Positions 29,700 to 39,817 of a DNA stretch of 64,000 nucleotides are shown in pieces. The DNA comes from Candidatus Thorarchaeota archaeon (GTDB taxonomy: Archaea > Asgardarchaeota > Thorarchaeia > Thorarchaeales > Thorarchaeaceae): NCBI GenBank assembly GCA_046758445.1, contig JBHIAE010000009.1, positions 8,788 to 72,787 of the forward strand, in the 5' to 3' direction. How positions within the stretch are numbered: the stretch's first letter is position 1; each line of letters opens with the position of its first letter. Below the pieces are notes generated by a model. It worked only from the letters and a program-made list of their open reading frames with translations, had not been told where the DNA came from and did no database searches. A program made the position numbers and the translations under genes.

Positions 29700-31681
29700 T
29701 CTTCGTAACCCTCTATCCTCTTCCTCAGTTCAGTAATCTCATCGCGAAGCTTTGCTGCCTTCTCGAACTCTAAGTTTCTTGCCGCTTCCTTCATCTGCTC
29801 CTCGAGGTCGATGATGTAGTCTGCAAGCTCCTCAATCTCAAAAGGTTCGAAGTTATCAATCTTCATCTGAACTGTGGACTCTCTGGTCTTTATCCCTTGG
29901 GCAATGTCTTGGATTGCCTTCACAATTGAGGTTGGGACTATATCATGCTCCTCGTTGTAGCTCAGCTGAAAGGCTCTCCTGCGATTGGTTTCATCGATTG
30001 CAGTCTGCATCGCTGTGGAAACACGATCGCCGTACAGCACCACGCGTCCGTGCACGTTTCTTGCTGCTCTACCCATTGTCTGAATCAGAGCCCAGTCAGT
30101 TCTGAGGAATCCTTCTTTGTCTGCATCAAGAATGGCTACGAGTGCTACCTCAGGGAGGTCTAGGCCCTCTCGTAGAAGATTGATGCCCACGAGTACATCG
30201 AACTTCCCTTGACGAAGCTGTCTGACTATCTCTATTCGTTCCACCGTCCCGATGTCAGAATGAAGGTATCTCGCCTTGACTCCTGCCTCTATCAAATACT
30301 CGCTTAGCATCTCTGCAGTCTTCTTAGTCAATGTTGTAACTAGGACTCTGTTTCCAAGGGCGACCGTTCGCTTAATCTCTCCCAGCAGGTGATCAACCTG
30401 ACCCACAACCGGTTTCACCACAACATCTGGGTCAAGGAGTCCAGTCGGTCTCAGGAGCTGCTCTACAATCTGGTTATTTATCTTCCTCTCATACAGACCA
30501 GGGGTGGCAGTCGTGTAGATAACGTGCTTCATGTATTGCTCAAACTCTTCAAGCTTGAGTGGCCTGTTGTCAAACGCAGACGGCAATCTAAAGCCATAGT
30601 CAACGAGATTCTGCTTTCGTGAGAGATCACCATGAAACATCCCTCGAATCTGTGGCATGGTCATGTGACTCTCATCAATTATCATCAAAAAGTCCTCAGG
30701 GAAGTAGTCCAACAGTGTATAGGGCTTCTCTCCTGTACTTCGTGCGTCGATGAAACGGGAGTAGTTCTCGATTCCTTGGCACATGCCGGTTTCTCTCAGC
30801 ATCTCAAGGTCATAGAGTGTCCGGCGTTTGAGACGGTCAGCCTCGACGAGCTTGCCCTCCTTCTTGAACCAGTCAACCCGTTCGTGCATCTCTTGCTCAA
30901 TCTCTTCCAATGACTCGAGTATCCTTTCGTGGCGTGCGATATGGTGTCGTGCCGGGAAGAGCTCGGTCCATTTCTGATCGAAGAGCCTCCGTGAGGTAAG
31001 TCGGTCCATGACTGAGATTCTTTCGAGAGTGTCCCCGTCCAGCTCTAACCTCAGATAGTTCTCCCAAGCGGCTGGGACCACATCTATGACATCTCCTCTT
31101 ACACGAAATGAGCCAGAGTTCAGCTCCATGTCATTCCGATCAAACTGCATAGCGACAAGTCGTTCTATGAGAGTTCTTCGATCGATTTCGCTCCCAACTT
31201 CAACCATGGTACGGAAATGGTCATACTCCGAAGGGTTGCCCACTCCGTAAATACAGGACACAGATGCAACGACAATCACATCATTCCGTGATCTCAGAGA
31301 GTGAGTGCTCGAGTGTCGGAGGCGTTCGATCTCCCTATTGACGTCGGCTTCCTTCTCAATGTACATGTCCTTCGAGGGAACGTAGGCCTCTGGCTGATAG
31401 TAGTCATAATATGACACATAGTACTCAACACCAGCATCAGGGAAGAACTGCCTGTATTCAGAGGCAAGCTGCGCTGCCAGGGTCTTGTTGTGAGATATGA
31501 CCAGAGTTGGCTTGTTGTAGGCCTCAATCACATTTGCCATGGTGAAAGTCTTGCCTGATCCAGTCACTCCTAACAGCGTCTGATGCTTAAGACCACTCTC
31601 GAGACCCTCCACTAGTTTGTCTATTGCCTGCGGTTGGTCTCCTGTGGGCTCGAAAGGAGCAACTAGCTTGAACTCATCCAT
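29696..31681 (-). CDS. uvrB: excinuclease ABC subunit B
   Basis: 'PTGDQPQAI', 'GVTGSGKT', 'YYDYYQPEAY', 'DESH', 'INLLREGLDLPEV', C-terminal UVR domain. Confidence 0.98.
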   Translation of the reverse strand: MDEFKLVAPFEPTGDQPQAIDKLVEGLESGLKHQTLLGVTGSGKTFTMANVIEAYNKPTLVISHNKTLAAQLASEYRQFFPDAGVEYYVSYYDYYQPEAYVPSKDMYIEKEADVNREIERLRHSSTHSLRSRNDVIVVASVSCIYGVGNPSEYDHFRTMVEVGSEIDRRTLIERLVAMQFDRNDMELNSGSFRVRGDVIDVVPAAWENYLRLELDGDTLERISVMDRLTSRRLFDQKWTELFPARHHIARHERILESLEEIEQEMHERVDWFKKEGKLVEADRLKRRTLYDLEMLRETGMCQGIENYSRFIDARSTGEKPYTLLDYFPEDFLMIIDESHMTMPQIRGMFHGDLSRKQNLVDYGFRLPSAFDNRPLKLEEFEQYMKHVIYTTATPGLYERKINNQIVEQLLRPTGLLDPDVVVKPVVGQVDHLLGEIKRTVALGNRVLVTTLTKKTAEMLSEYLIEAGVKARYLHSDIGTVERIEIVRQLRQGKFDVLVGINLLREGLDLPEVALVAILDADKEGFLRTDWALIQTMGRAARNVHGRVVLYGDRVSTAMQTAIDETNRRRAFQLSYNEEHDIVPTSIVKAIQDIAQGIKTRESTVQMKIDNFEPFEIEELADYIIDLEEQMKEAARNLEFEKAAKLRDEITELRKRIEGYEE

Positions 31682-31917
31682 CTGCTCTGCCTCGCCTCGT
31701 TCGGGGTCTCACCTGAACTCAAGTAACTCTTGCGCTGCCGGCTATGCGGCATTAGGGAAGCGGAATCTTCTACTAGGAACTTACTGCACTACGTCATCCA
31801 TGTAGAGGAATGTTGATGACTCGGAGGGATGGTCGAAAGTATCAGACAGGCCCACAGACGCAACTGCAGAACCTCGATATATCACTGAAGCTCGGAAATG
31901 CCGAGTGGACGCCCAAC

Positions 31918-32688
31918 CTAGTCCTTATCCGCCGAATCCAGCCTCCTGATTGCTTCAAGCGCAGTCTTAATCATGGTCTTCTCCCCCCGATCAAAATGCT
32001 CGAGTCGGTCACCCTTGTATCTGTTCTCACCTGTGACCATGTTCGACCCAACAGTGAGTATTCCTCCAGCTCTCACGCCCAAGTCGATGACCGCTATCAG
32101 AATCGCAGACATCTCCATGTCAAGTGCCACAGCGCCTAGTCTTGTGTACTGCTCATTGAGTTTCGGCGAACGTTCCCTCAGGTAGAAGTTTTGACACGTG
32201 CGAAATACTCCAGTGTGATATGTCGCTCCAAGTTCTTTTGCGGAGCCAATCAGCGACAAGAGAACGTTCAGGTTCGGTATAGCAGGGAAGGCCAATGGTG
32301 CGTATTCAAGCGTACACCCCTCATCACGTATGCAGCCCGATGCGATAATGTTGTGCCCTAGCTCGATATTCTTCTGAAAGGTAGCACAAGATCCGATTCT
32401 GATGAATGTGTCAGCTCCAATGGCGGCCAGCTCCTCCACAGCCGTGATTGCTGAGAAGCAACCCATTCCTGTCGACATTACACTGATTGGAACACTTTGA
32501 TAGCTACCAGTGAAAGTCAAGTACTCTCTGTGGAAGGCTTTCTCGTTAGCCTCATCAAACATAACAGCGGCAGCCCTCGCGCGTTCCGGAGGACCAGGTA
32601 ACAGCACATACCTGGCAACATCGCCCTCTGTCAGCCGCAGATGAGGAACCCTACCATCTGGATTTCTCATTACCCTTGAATGAGCCAT
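31918..32688 (-). CDS. nucleoside (uridine/purine) phosphorylase, PNP/UDP family 1
   Basis: 'LLPGPPERA', 'STGMG', 'IRIGSC', 'DMEMSA'; ATG 32688 follows AGGTGA. Confidence 0.88.
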   Translation of the reverse strand: MAHSRVMRNPDGRVPHLRLTEGDVARYVLLPGPPERARAAAVMFDEANEKAFHREYLTFTGSYQSVPISVMSTGMGCFSAITAVEELAAIGADTFIRIGSCATFQKNIELGHNIIASGCIRDEGCTLEYAPLAFPAIPNLNVLLSLIGSAKELGATYHTGVFRTCQNFYLRERSPKLNEQYTRLGAVALDMEMSAILIAVIDLGVRAGGILTVGSNMVTGENRYKGDRLEHFDRGEKTMIKTALEAIRRLDSADKD

Positions 32689-32962
32689 GCAAAGACACTG
32701 CCTCACCTTACACTTAAGCACTCCCTCAAAACTCCTACATCTTTCAACCAAGATATCACAACTAGCTCAGAGGAAACTGTCTAACACAATTAGGGAGATT
32801 GAATGAGAGTTGCTGCGCGAGTTGACGTTCTTGTAGTCATCAGGAGGCTTCGCTTCAGCTCCTCGACCGGAACTAGAGAAGGGCACAGGAGCCACGATGG
32901 TCCAAGGAACTCTAATAGGAGTTTGTTTCAGCACAGACCACTTTGCAGATGGAGTCTTGACA

Positions 32963-33595
32963 ATGCCCAAAATCGAGGTGGCTTTCACCACTTCACATGG
33001 ATGGACCCAATATGTCCTAGTGAATCTGGAAGAAGACCTCCTCGATGTACACCTGTCGGACCTTGACATACAGTCGATTGATCTCTCGCAACTAGGCCCG
33101 ATGAACAGCCTGAGGACTCTAGATCTTAGCAGCAATAGAATCGACACGCTGGACCTTGCCCCTCTGAACCGATGCAAGGACCTTGAGTCACTAGTCCTGT
33201 ACGAGAACAGTCTGAGCTCTCTGGACCTGCGTCCGTTGAGCTCGTTCATTCGTCTTAGAGACCTATGGCTCTTCAGCAACAACCTCGAATCGATCGACCT
33301 GACTCCCCTCAGGGCATGTGCAAGTCTAAGTTGGCTCTCATTGGCGACCAACTATCTATCTATTTTGGACTTGACCCCATTGGGTTACTGCAAAAACCTA
33401 CGGTATCTGGCGCTTCAAGACAACCAACTCCAGGAACTGGATGTTACACCTCTCTTCAATTGTCACGATCTTTCAGGATTGCATTTCGACACGGGCATAG
33501 CACTCAGAGCCAGTTCCATACCTGAACAAGAAGACATGAATCAGGTTCTGTTTCAACTGGCGCAACGTACGGAGAAGTTTCGAGGATCTCCCTAA
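32963..33595 (+). CDS. leucine-rich repeat protein
   Basis: 22-aa repeats 'LxxLxLxxNxLxxLDLxPL'; ORF is open from 32897. Confidence 0.88.
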   Translation: MPKIEVAFTTSHGWTQYVLVNLEEDLLDVHLSDLDIQSIDLSQLGPMNSLRTLDLSSNRIDTLDLAPLNRCKDLESLVLYENSLSSLDLRPLSSFIRLRDLWLFSNNLESIDLTPLRACASLSWLSLATNYLSILDLTPLGYCKNLRYLALQDNQLQELDVTPLFNCHDLSGLHFDTGIALRASSIPEQEDMNQVLFQLAQRTEKFRGSP

Positions 33596-33838
33596 TACCA
33601 CTCGAAATCTTCGCCACAATTGTCACAATGATAGTTCAGCAGAATCTGTTCCGGAGTGGAAATCTCATCGGTCAACTTCCTGACTTTCCTACTATCACAA
33701 AGAGGGCATTTGGGACTTTCATTCACTCCAGACATGTTCCTCTAAGTGTCGACTCATCAGAATCTTATGAACTCTATCTCAGAGTCGCACGACACCCCAG
33801 TAGACATGATTAATTAGTCAGAGTTTCCTCTCCTTCAG

Positions 33839-35518
33839 TTGAAGGTGAAGTCAGTGGTTAGAGAGATTGCTCTCCAGTTTGCATATAGGAAGAGGTTCGG
33901 CAAAATCAATCCGGATGATGATGAGATAGCTTTGGCCATGGCATTCATTCTCGCTGAGTCCAATAGAAGTAGCTCAGCGAGGATCAAGCAGCTGTCATTG
34001 GTTTCGATTCCGTACTGGATAGTCCAGGTTTCTGGTAGCCGTTCAATCCTGCTTTCAGCAGTCGGCGAGTCGTCTGTCGGAGTAGAATTGAGCGAGAACA
34101 AGTCGATTAGCCAAGTTCGGCGAATTATCAGCAACGAAACCAGCGATGTCAAAGACATCCCGGACGCCGTGAGTAAGTCACTCCCGCTCCTAGCTGAAAC
34201 AGAAACTGTCGAACATTATTTGAGGAACCTCCAAGACCCTTCAGCCTTCGTTGCAGCAGGGAATCACTTCGTTGATGTCGAACCCGGAGCCAGAGTCTTT
34301 GTACCCGACAAGTCATTTGACTCTCAGGCTGCGCTTGCGGTGAGTCATGAGTACCAAACTCTAACTGACGGAGCAAAGACACGGCTCGGCACACTACAGT
34401 CACTTCATAGGCTCACAAACGAACGGCTGATGGACCGGTTGACTGCGCTAGACAATCTGATATCATCTGAAATGTCCAGATGGGAAAGACGCCATTCGCA
34501 GATGATGAACTCAAACCAACTGAGGGCAGGGAACCTAAGAGAGGGTCTTTCTGATTCTGTATATCGACTGAAGCAGCGCCGAAAGATGGAGGAGAGTGCT
34601 CTTCTTGCAGAGTTTGCGCGCGAAACAGTTCAGCTTGAGAGGCTATTCGGCACAATCTTGGAAGACATTCGAGCCGTTCGACAACAGATTGGCGTCAAGG
34701 ATGTTGACGTACCGAAAGCAGTGAAGCGGTATGACGCCCTACTGGATAAGCTGAGTACAAGCGTTTCGACTTATGGTGATATGGCCACTTCAATAAAAGC
34801 GCTTGCCGAAGAGACCCTCCAGAAATCGTCCCACTTGGACACCCAACTTGCTGACAAGATACGACAGGAAGAAGAGTCAACAAACTCGCAGATCAATGAA
34901 CTGCATCACAGACTGGGAGAGCTCAGCGGCGAGATCGAACAGAGACGTTCTGAGCTTACCGAAACGAAAAGGAACGTACAGGCCGCGGTGACTCAAATGG
35001 ATGAATCAGTTTCCAAGAGAATCAAAGAACTTACAGATGAGCATTGGAAGCTAGAGAGCCTCTCAATGAACAGTGATTCGATAGAGGGTCTTTCTCCGTT
35101 GACTCAGGTCAATATCATGACGTACATAGTAACCTACAACCGAGGAAACCCAGTGGTACTGACTCCAATACTCGTTCCTGAAGAGACCATAGATATTCCG
35201 TATAGACATGAACCACTGAACATAGACATCGAGAAGTTCGTTCAGAAGAACCTAAAGGGACTAATCAAGGACAGCTCTTCCTTCAGGGCAGCCCTTGATG
35301 GGGCCACCACAGCAGCTAACGTATTTCAGGACCCTGAAGCTGGGAAGGCCTTCGACAGAGGAATACATCGACTGACGGACAGAGAGGTGCTTGGAGAGAG
35401 TGTAGAAGAAACTCTCAAGCCGCAGTTTCTGAAGCTAGTTGGAAGGTGCCCACAGTGTGGGGCAGATGTGAGCTCTGCAGGGAAGTTTTGCCCTGAATGT
35501 GGTGCAACGATTGGGTGA
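33839..35518 (+). CDS. long coiled-coil protein with a C-terminal double zinc ribbon
   Basis: Central heptads; 'CPQCG...CPECG'. An upstream ATG at 33806 is in frame but blocked by TAG at 33815. Confidence 0.8.
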   Translation: MKVKSVVREIALQFAYRKRFGKINPDDDEIALAMAFILAESNRSSSARIKQLSLVSIPYWIVQVSGSRSILLSAVGESSVGVELSENKSISQVRRIISNETSDVKDIPDAVSKSLPLLAETETVEHYLRNLQDPSAFVAAGNHFVDVEPGARVFVPDKSFDSQAALAVSHEYQTLTDGAKTRLGTLQSLHRLTNERLMDRLTALDNLISSEMSRWERRHSQMMNSNQLRAGNLREGLSDSVYRLKQRRKMEESALLAEFARETVQLERLFGTILEDIRAVRQQIGVKDVDVPKAVKRYDALLDKLSTSVSTYGDMATSIKALAEETLQKSSHLDTQLADKIRQEEESTNSQINELHHRLGELSGEIEQRRSELTETKRNVQAAVTQMDESVSKRIKELTDEHWKLESLSMNSDSIEGLSPLTQVNIMTYIVTYNRGNPVVLTPILVPEETIDIPYRHEPLNIDIEKFVQKNLKGLIKDSSSFRAALDGATTAANVFQDPEAGKAFDRGIHRLTDREVLGESVEETLKPQFLKLVGRCPQCGADVSSAGKFCPECGATIG

Positions 35519-35557
35519 GGCCGCCACAAAATAGAATCAGTTGCCACCGCACGTCCA

Positions 35558-36115
35558 CTAGTAGTATCGAAGCGTAAGCGTGAGGTCTACATCCCAAACG
35601 TCAGTCTTGCCTGAAGCTGAGAAGTACACTACCCAGACACAAGTTTAGGCATCTTCATAGAGATCTATGTAGGCGTTGACAGAGTTGGTATATGTTCCCT
35701 CACCCACGAGATACGGAGTCCGACCGGCAAAAGAGAGCATATCAAACGTCGTGAGGTCAATTTCATATACTGCAATGTGGATTTCAAAACTGACTGCATC
35801 ACTGCCAGTATCATCGACGCTAACTTCAAAGAGAAGATCAGGCACAAGACTCCCCTGAGCCTCCGATGAAGACACAGAGAACTCGTCGCGGTAGATCCAA
35901 CCAAGATAAAGGTCGACATCGATGTTGTTCCAGCTACCAATCTCTCTCTGTCCAGCGGCACCGCCATCACCAAGGAATCCTAGAAAGACCACAAGGACTC
36001 CTGCGACAACCACAATGGCAATAATCAGACCAACAATGAGCATCCTACCGAAGCCAGGACCTCTTGAGGGTCTTTCAGGCTCGACATAATCTAGGAGTAG
36101 TGGTATCTCCGTCAA
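35558..36115 (-). pseudogene. membrane-anchored beta-rich protein, probably interrupted by TAA at 35645-35647
   Basis: N-terminal TM. After 'LYEDA*' the frame continues with beta-strand-like 'TCVWVVYFSASGKTDVWDVDLTLTLRYY*'. Confidence 0.5.
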
Positions 36116-36226
36116 TGCTCAGACCCCTAACTGCAAAGGATATTCACCTAGAGAATGGCCCACTTATTGCCGTTTTCGAACTGCACTCTGGTTAATGAGG
36201 GGAACCTGAAACCCCCTCGGATCTTG

Positions 36227-36736
36227 TCAGATGTACCTCCTGACCTGAGAACTGAGAAACCTTGCAACGTCTGATAATGAGAAGGGCCAAGCGTAGACTA
36301 TCTCTGTTTCCTCAAACCTCTCTTGAGCCCGCTCGATGGCATCAGGAATGTCCTCCTCTGAATGCTCGCCTCCAGGTGTCATCATCGGGGTCGTGACCAC
36401 AATCTTAGCGGGACCGTCCTGGGCTGCAATATCAATCGCATCCGCGACTGATGGCGCACAGAACTCGTTGAACCCAACAATAACGCCGCAACCAGTTTCG
36501 GAGGACATCTCCGCGGCAAGTCTAAACGATGCATCCCAAAATGGATCGTTCTCAGCATCTCTCGGCCAGTTTCTTACTCTTGCATCGGGCATGTCGAATC
36601 GATCAAGTATGTGTTTTGAAACTTCGTCACCAGAACTCTCGATCATTCGATGCAATCCAACCAATTCCATTAGTTCATCTTCCGGGAAGTCTTTCGGCGG
36701 CATGCCGTGCATGACGAGAACTATCTTTGTTGTCAT
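36227..36736 (-). CDS. CbiX/SirB-family chelatase-like protein
   Basis: 'VLVMHG', 'GFNEFCAPS', 'MMTPGGEHSEEDIP'. Confidence 0.85.
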   Translation of the reverse strand: MTTKIVLVMHGMPPKDFPEDELMELVGLHRMIESSGDEVSKHILDRFDMPDARVRNWPRDAENDPFWDASFRLAAEMSSETGCGVIVGFNEFCAPSVADAIDIAAQDGPAKIVVTTPMMTPGGEHSEEDIPDAIERAQERFEETEIVYAWPFSLSDVARFLSSQVRRYI

Positions 36737-36740
36737 TCTG

Positions 36741-37979
36741 TCACCACCTGCTAGAAACGAATGAGAAGAAGTTGCGAAAGGATTCAGCATTATCCCCTAG
36801 GACAATGATGTGGTGGTTTCCAAGAGGTTCCTCGAGGAAGTAGTCAACAGGCTCATCCATTTGTACCTCAATCTGTGTTCGGCATGCAGTGTCACTATCA
36901 AGGTTCTTTGTTATCGTGCCTCCTGACACCCAGTATTCTGAAAGTCCCCTTCCGAAGACCTTGAGTGCTGTTACTCTCTGTGGAGAGATTATTCCCCGTA
37001 TTGCAACACTTTTCCCAGACTCGTAGTGACTCATAATGTCGTACTCGTCAGCCAACGAGGTTGCTATCGTGCAGTGGGCGAATACGGCCTTGTTAGAGTC
37101 AGGATTCACATGAGCGACATTTGCCATGAAAGAAGGTTTGGAGGTCAGAGCCTTGGCCACCAACATAGTGAATGTTGCAGGAATGTCTCCCTCGCAGCCA
37201 GCTACAAGTCCTTCTTTGTCATTCAGAAGGGATAGGGCATGGCAGCCGGATATGTCAGTGTGTTCAAGTAGAGTGAAGCATTCAACCGAAACAGCATCAA
37301 TGCCTGCACTAGCCACGAACTCGTCCAACACTTTTGCGGCGAGGGCTGCCTTCCCGAGCTCTTCGTCACTTGTCATGTTTGACCTTGCATCCCGTACGAA
37401 TCCTTCAGTTGCTCTACTCTGAAACCCTTCAAGATCTTCCTTCAGACTGGTTTCTACTACATCAATCGAAAAGCTCTCAATCAAAAGACCCCAACGTTGC
37501 TTCACGGATTCAACATCAACTTGCGAGGCAACGAGCCAGAAAGAAGGGTTCCCAACAATTCCAAGGCGACTATTCCTGATCTTGTCCTCGACTTCTGAGA
37601 ATCGGCTCCATTCCTGAATCATGTCAGACAGCAAGTTGAGTGGAGAATGAATGATTCTGGAGTTCATTCCCTGCTGTTGAAGATACGCTCTAGTCTCCAT
37701 GGCCGCTGGTAGCGAGTTGTTACCAGGGTGGCTCAGCAATATGATAGGGTCTGCCAGTCCAGCCTGTGCCATGAAATCCGATACGGCCTTTTCAGTTCCA
37801 CCAGTTCCCACAAACAGGTAGGTGTGACGGTCACGGATGTCCGGCTTCTGTTTGGCGTTTCGTAGGAACTCCTCCGGCGTAAGAACATCGGCTCCGGGTA
37901 CAGTGATGTCCTTGACAAGCTGTGATTTCGTTTCTTCCGGCGTTATGGGAGATAGAATTGGTATAATGTTGATTGCCAT
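36741..37979 (-). CDS. L-fucose/L-arabinose isomerase-like protein
   Basis: 'GTGGTE', 'NSLPAAME', 'AGCEGD', 'FAHCT', 'HYESG', 'CRTQ', 'LGNHH'. Confidence 0.8.
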   Translation of the reverse strand: MAINIIPILSPITPEETKSQLVKDITVPGADVLTPEEFLRNAKQKPDIRDRHTYLFVGTGGTEKAVSDFMAQAGLADPIILLSHPGNNSLPAAMETRAYLQQQGMNSRIIHSPLNLLSDMIQEWSRFSEVEDKIRNSRLGIVGNPSFWLVASQVDVESVKQRWGLLIESFSIDVVETSLKEDLEGFQSRATEGFVRDARSNMTSDEELGKAALAAKVLDEFVASAGIDAVSVECFTLLEHTDISGCHALSLLNDKEGLVAGCEGDIPATFTMLVAKALTSKPSFMANVAHVNPDSNKAVFAHCTIATSLADEYDIMSHYESGKSVAIRGIISPQRVTALKVFGRGLSEYWVSGGTITKNLDSDTACRTQIEVQMDEPVDYFLEEPLGNHHIIVLGDNAESFRNFFSFVSSRW

Positions 37980-38053
37980 ACCTCATCAGACAATCCCCTC
38001 ATGTCATAACCTTTGGGGACGTTAAAAGACCAGTCATCAGTGGTAGGTGTCAA

Positions 38054-38713
38054 CTACAAGTAAGAACGGGCCCGATGGGATCTGAGAGCTTCGACAACCT
38101 CGGTGTCAGGGACATCATACCAGTTCTCGTAGGCGTCAGCCACAGCAAATACGTAACCCGACCCGACATTTGGACATACAAGTCGGTCAACAACCCCGGC
38201 CACTCTCTGAACTGCGCCAGACGATGCGGTTGGCACTGCAACCGTGATGCTAGCTGGTTGTGCTTCTTTGACTGAACTGATTGCGGCCAGCATCGTGTAG
38301 CCAGAGGCCAGTCCATCATCAACGAGAATTACATCCTTCCTGTCTGGAAAGTGGATACCTGCAAGTCCGTCATATGCGTCCTTTCTTGCCTGAATCTGAT
38401 TCTCGGTTCTCATACAAACCGAATCGATTTCCTCTTGAGAGAAACCAAGCCGGGTTACTAGTTCCTTGTTCAGGATCAGTGTTCCGAGAGAAGTCAATGC
38501 ACCAAAGCCTGCTTCGGGATTATACGGAATTTGGAGCTTCCTCACGATTATGATATCGAGCGTGGCCTCCAATGCTTCTGCAATGGGAAGTGCAACGGCT
38601 ACTCCTCCATTGGGAACGGCCAGTACGAGAGGACCTGCGTCAAAAGAAAGCTCACTGAGCTTCTCTGATAGAATCCTGCCGGCATGTTCTCGGTCCCTAT
38701 AAGGCCAGGACAA
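38054..38713 (-). CDS. phosphoribosyltransferase family protein
   Basis: 'DREHAG', 'VPNGGV', 'VRKL', 'ILVDDGLASGYT'. Confidence 0.9.
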   Translation of the reverse strand: MSWPYRDREHAGRILSEKLSELSFDAGPLVLAVPNGGVAVALPIAEALEATLDIIIVRKLQIPYNPEAGFGALTSLGTLILNKELVTRLGFSQEEIDSVCMRTENQIQARKDAYDGLAGIHFPDRKDVILVDDGLASGYTMLAAISSVKEAQPASITVAVPTASSGAVQRVAGVVDRLVCPNVGSGYVFAVADAYENWYDVPDTEVVEALRSHRARSYL

Positions 38714-38845
38714 TCAAACCACTCCCGATGTGTATTATGGAGCTGATGCCTCTTAGAAGTTGCTCTTTCAGTCTGGACTCAGAGTCAACTTGGCTGGAGT
38801 CCAAAGGCTTATAGCTACAGGAAGTTCATATCGGGAGCGTCCGGT

Positions 38846-39772
38846 GTGGTTATATCCTTGTATAGGAGGAAGATGCCTCGGTGCTCCTTTGTGAAGTTCA
38901 AAGGGATTGAGAAGCTTCGCGAGAAGCTTCCCGGCTATCCAGGGCGAAGGCTTGCTCTTATTCCTTTGTTGGCGTTGCTCGTGTGCATCGTTGGCCTGGC
39001 GTTCATGTTGTCCATGGACACAGTATCGCGTATCTTTGCCGATGTTGCCATACTTGCTGACATAGAACCCGTACTCCCAGTATTGGGTGCGTTCATCAGT
39101 ATGTCGACTGGCATCCTGTGTATCCGGCGTGTTTGGACCAAGAGAGAACAAGCGATGGCTGAGTTAGGAGATCTTGCATACCAACGTATGCTAGTGACAG
39201 GATTGGCAGGCGTCTTCCTTATACTCTCTGTGATTCTTCACGCCTTTGTTTCTGTCAGAAGTCTACCTCCTGGTCCTCCTGTAAACGAACTCACATCGTT
39301 TCTATCGACCTCGATCTTCTCGCTGCTCGGGGTGCCTTATGCACTCGACCTAGCAGTTCGAATCGTAGCAGGAAGTGTGTTCACTATCCTTGCCGCCATG
39401 ACGGCCGCACGTGCAGTCCTGACGTTTGGAATCGACTACATGACTGTAGTCTACCTTTACTTCCCCGAGGAGTCAGAGCTTCAAGAGAATGAGATCTATT
39501 CTGTCGTTCGTCACCCGGCCTACTTTGGGATAATCCTCTTCGGAGTGGGGGCCATTCTGTTCCGATTGTCAGTCTACTCAGTCCTCTTTGCACTCATTAT
39601 CGCGATAGGTTTGCTGGTCCACCTCAGAGTTGAGGAAGGAGAGCTCATTGAACGGTTTGGAGATTCATATTCTGAGTACATGAGGAATGTGCCAGGGCTC
39701 CGCGTGAAACCAAGGGACTTTGGGACTTACCTGAGATTCCTAGCAGGAAGGACGTCTACGAGCGCCTCTTGA
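38846..39772 (+). CDS. ICMT/PEMT-family integral membrane methyltransferase
   Basis: TM helices; 'IYSVVRHPAY', 'EEGELIERFGDSYSEYMRNVP'. Confidence 0.85.
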   Translation: MVISLYRRKMPRCSFVKFKGIEKLREKLPGYPGRRLALIPLLALLVCIVGLAFMLSMDTVSRIFADVAILADIEPVLPVLGAFISMSTGILCIRRVWTKREQAMAELGDLAYQRMLVTGLAGVFLILSVILHAFVSVRSLPPGPPVNELTSFLSTSIFSLLGVPYALDLAVRIVAGSVFTILAAMTAARAVLTFGIDYMTVVYLYFPEESELQENEIYSVVRHPAYFGIILFGVGAILFRLSVYSVLFALIIAIGLLVHLRVEEGELIERFGDSYSEYMRNVPGLRVKPRDFGTYLRFLAGRTSTSAS

Positions 39773-39817
39773 CTCTCTCAGAGAAACTACGTGTCTGATT
39801 CTGAGCAAGAGTAATCA

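Noticed and set aside
32767-33351. 194-aa antisense ORF and many other long shadow ORFs (for example 18401..19114, 7529..8074, 21851..22369)
   Set aside because: They lie antisense to well-supported genes, have S/R-rich non-protein-like composition and show no motifs.
33815-33817. Pyrrolysine read-through of TAG
   Set aside because: Many intact genes end in TAG, the MttB here lacks an amber codon, and no pyl genes are in the window.
38846-39772. ICMT-like genes as a CaaX-processing pathway for the small GTPase
   Set aside because: The GTPase has no C-terminal Cys, and ICMT/PEMT-family proteins are widespread in prokaryotes.
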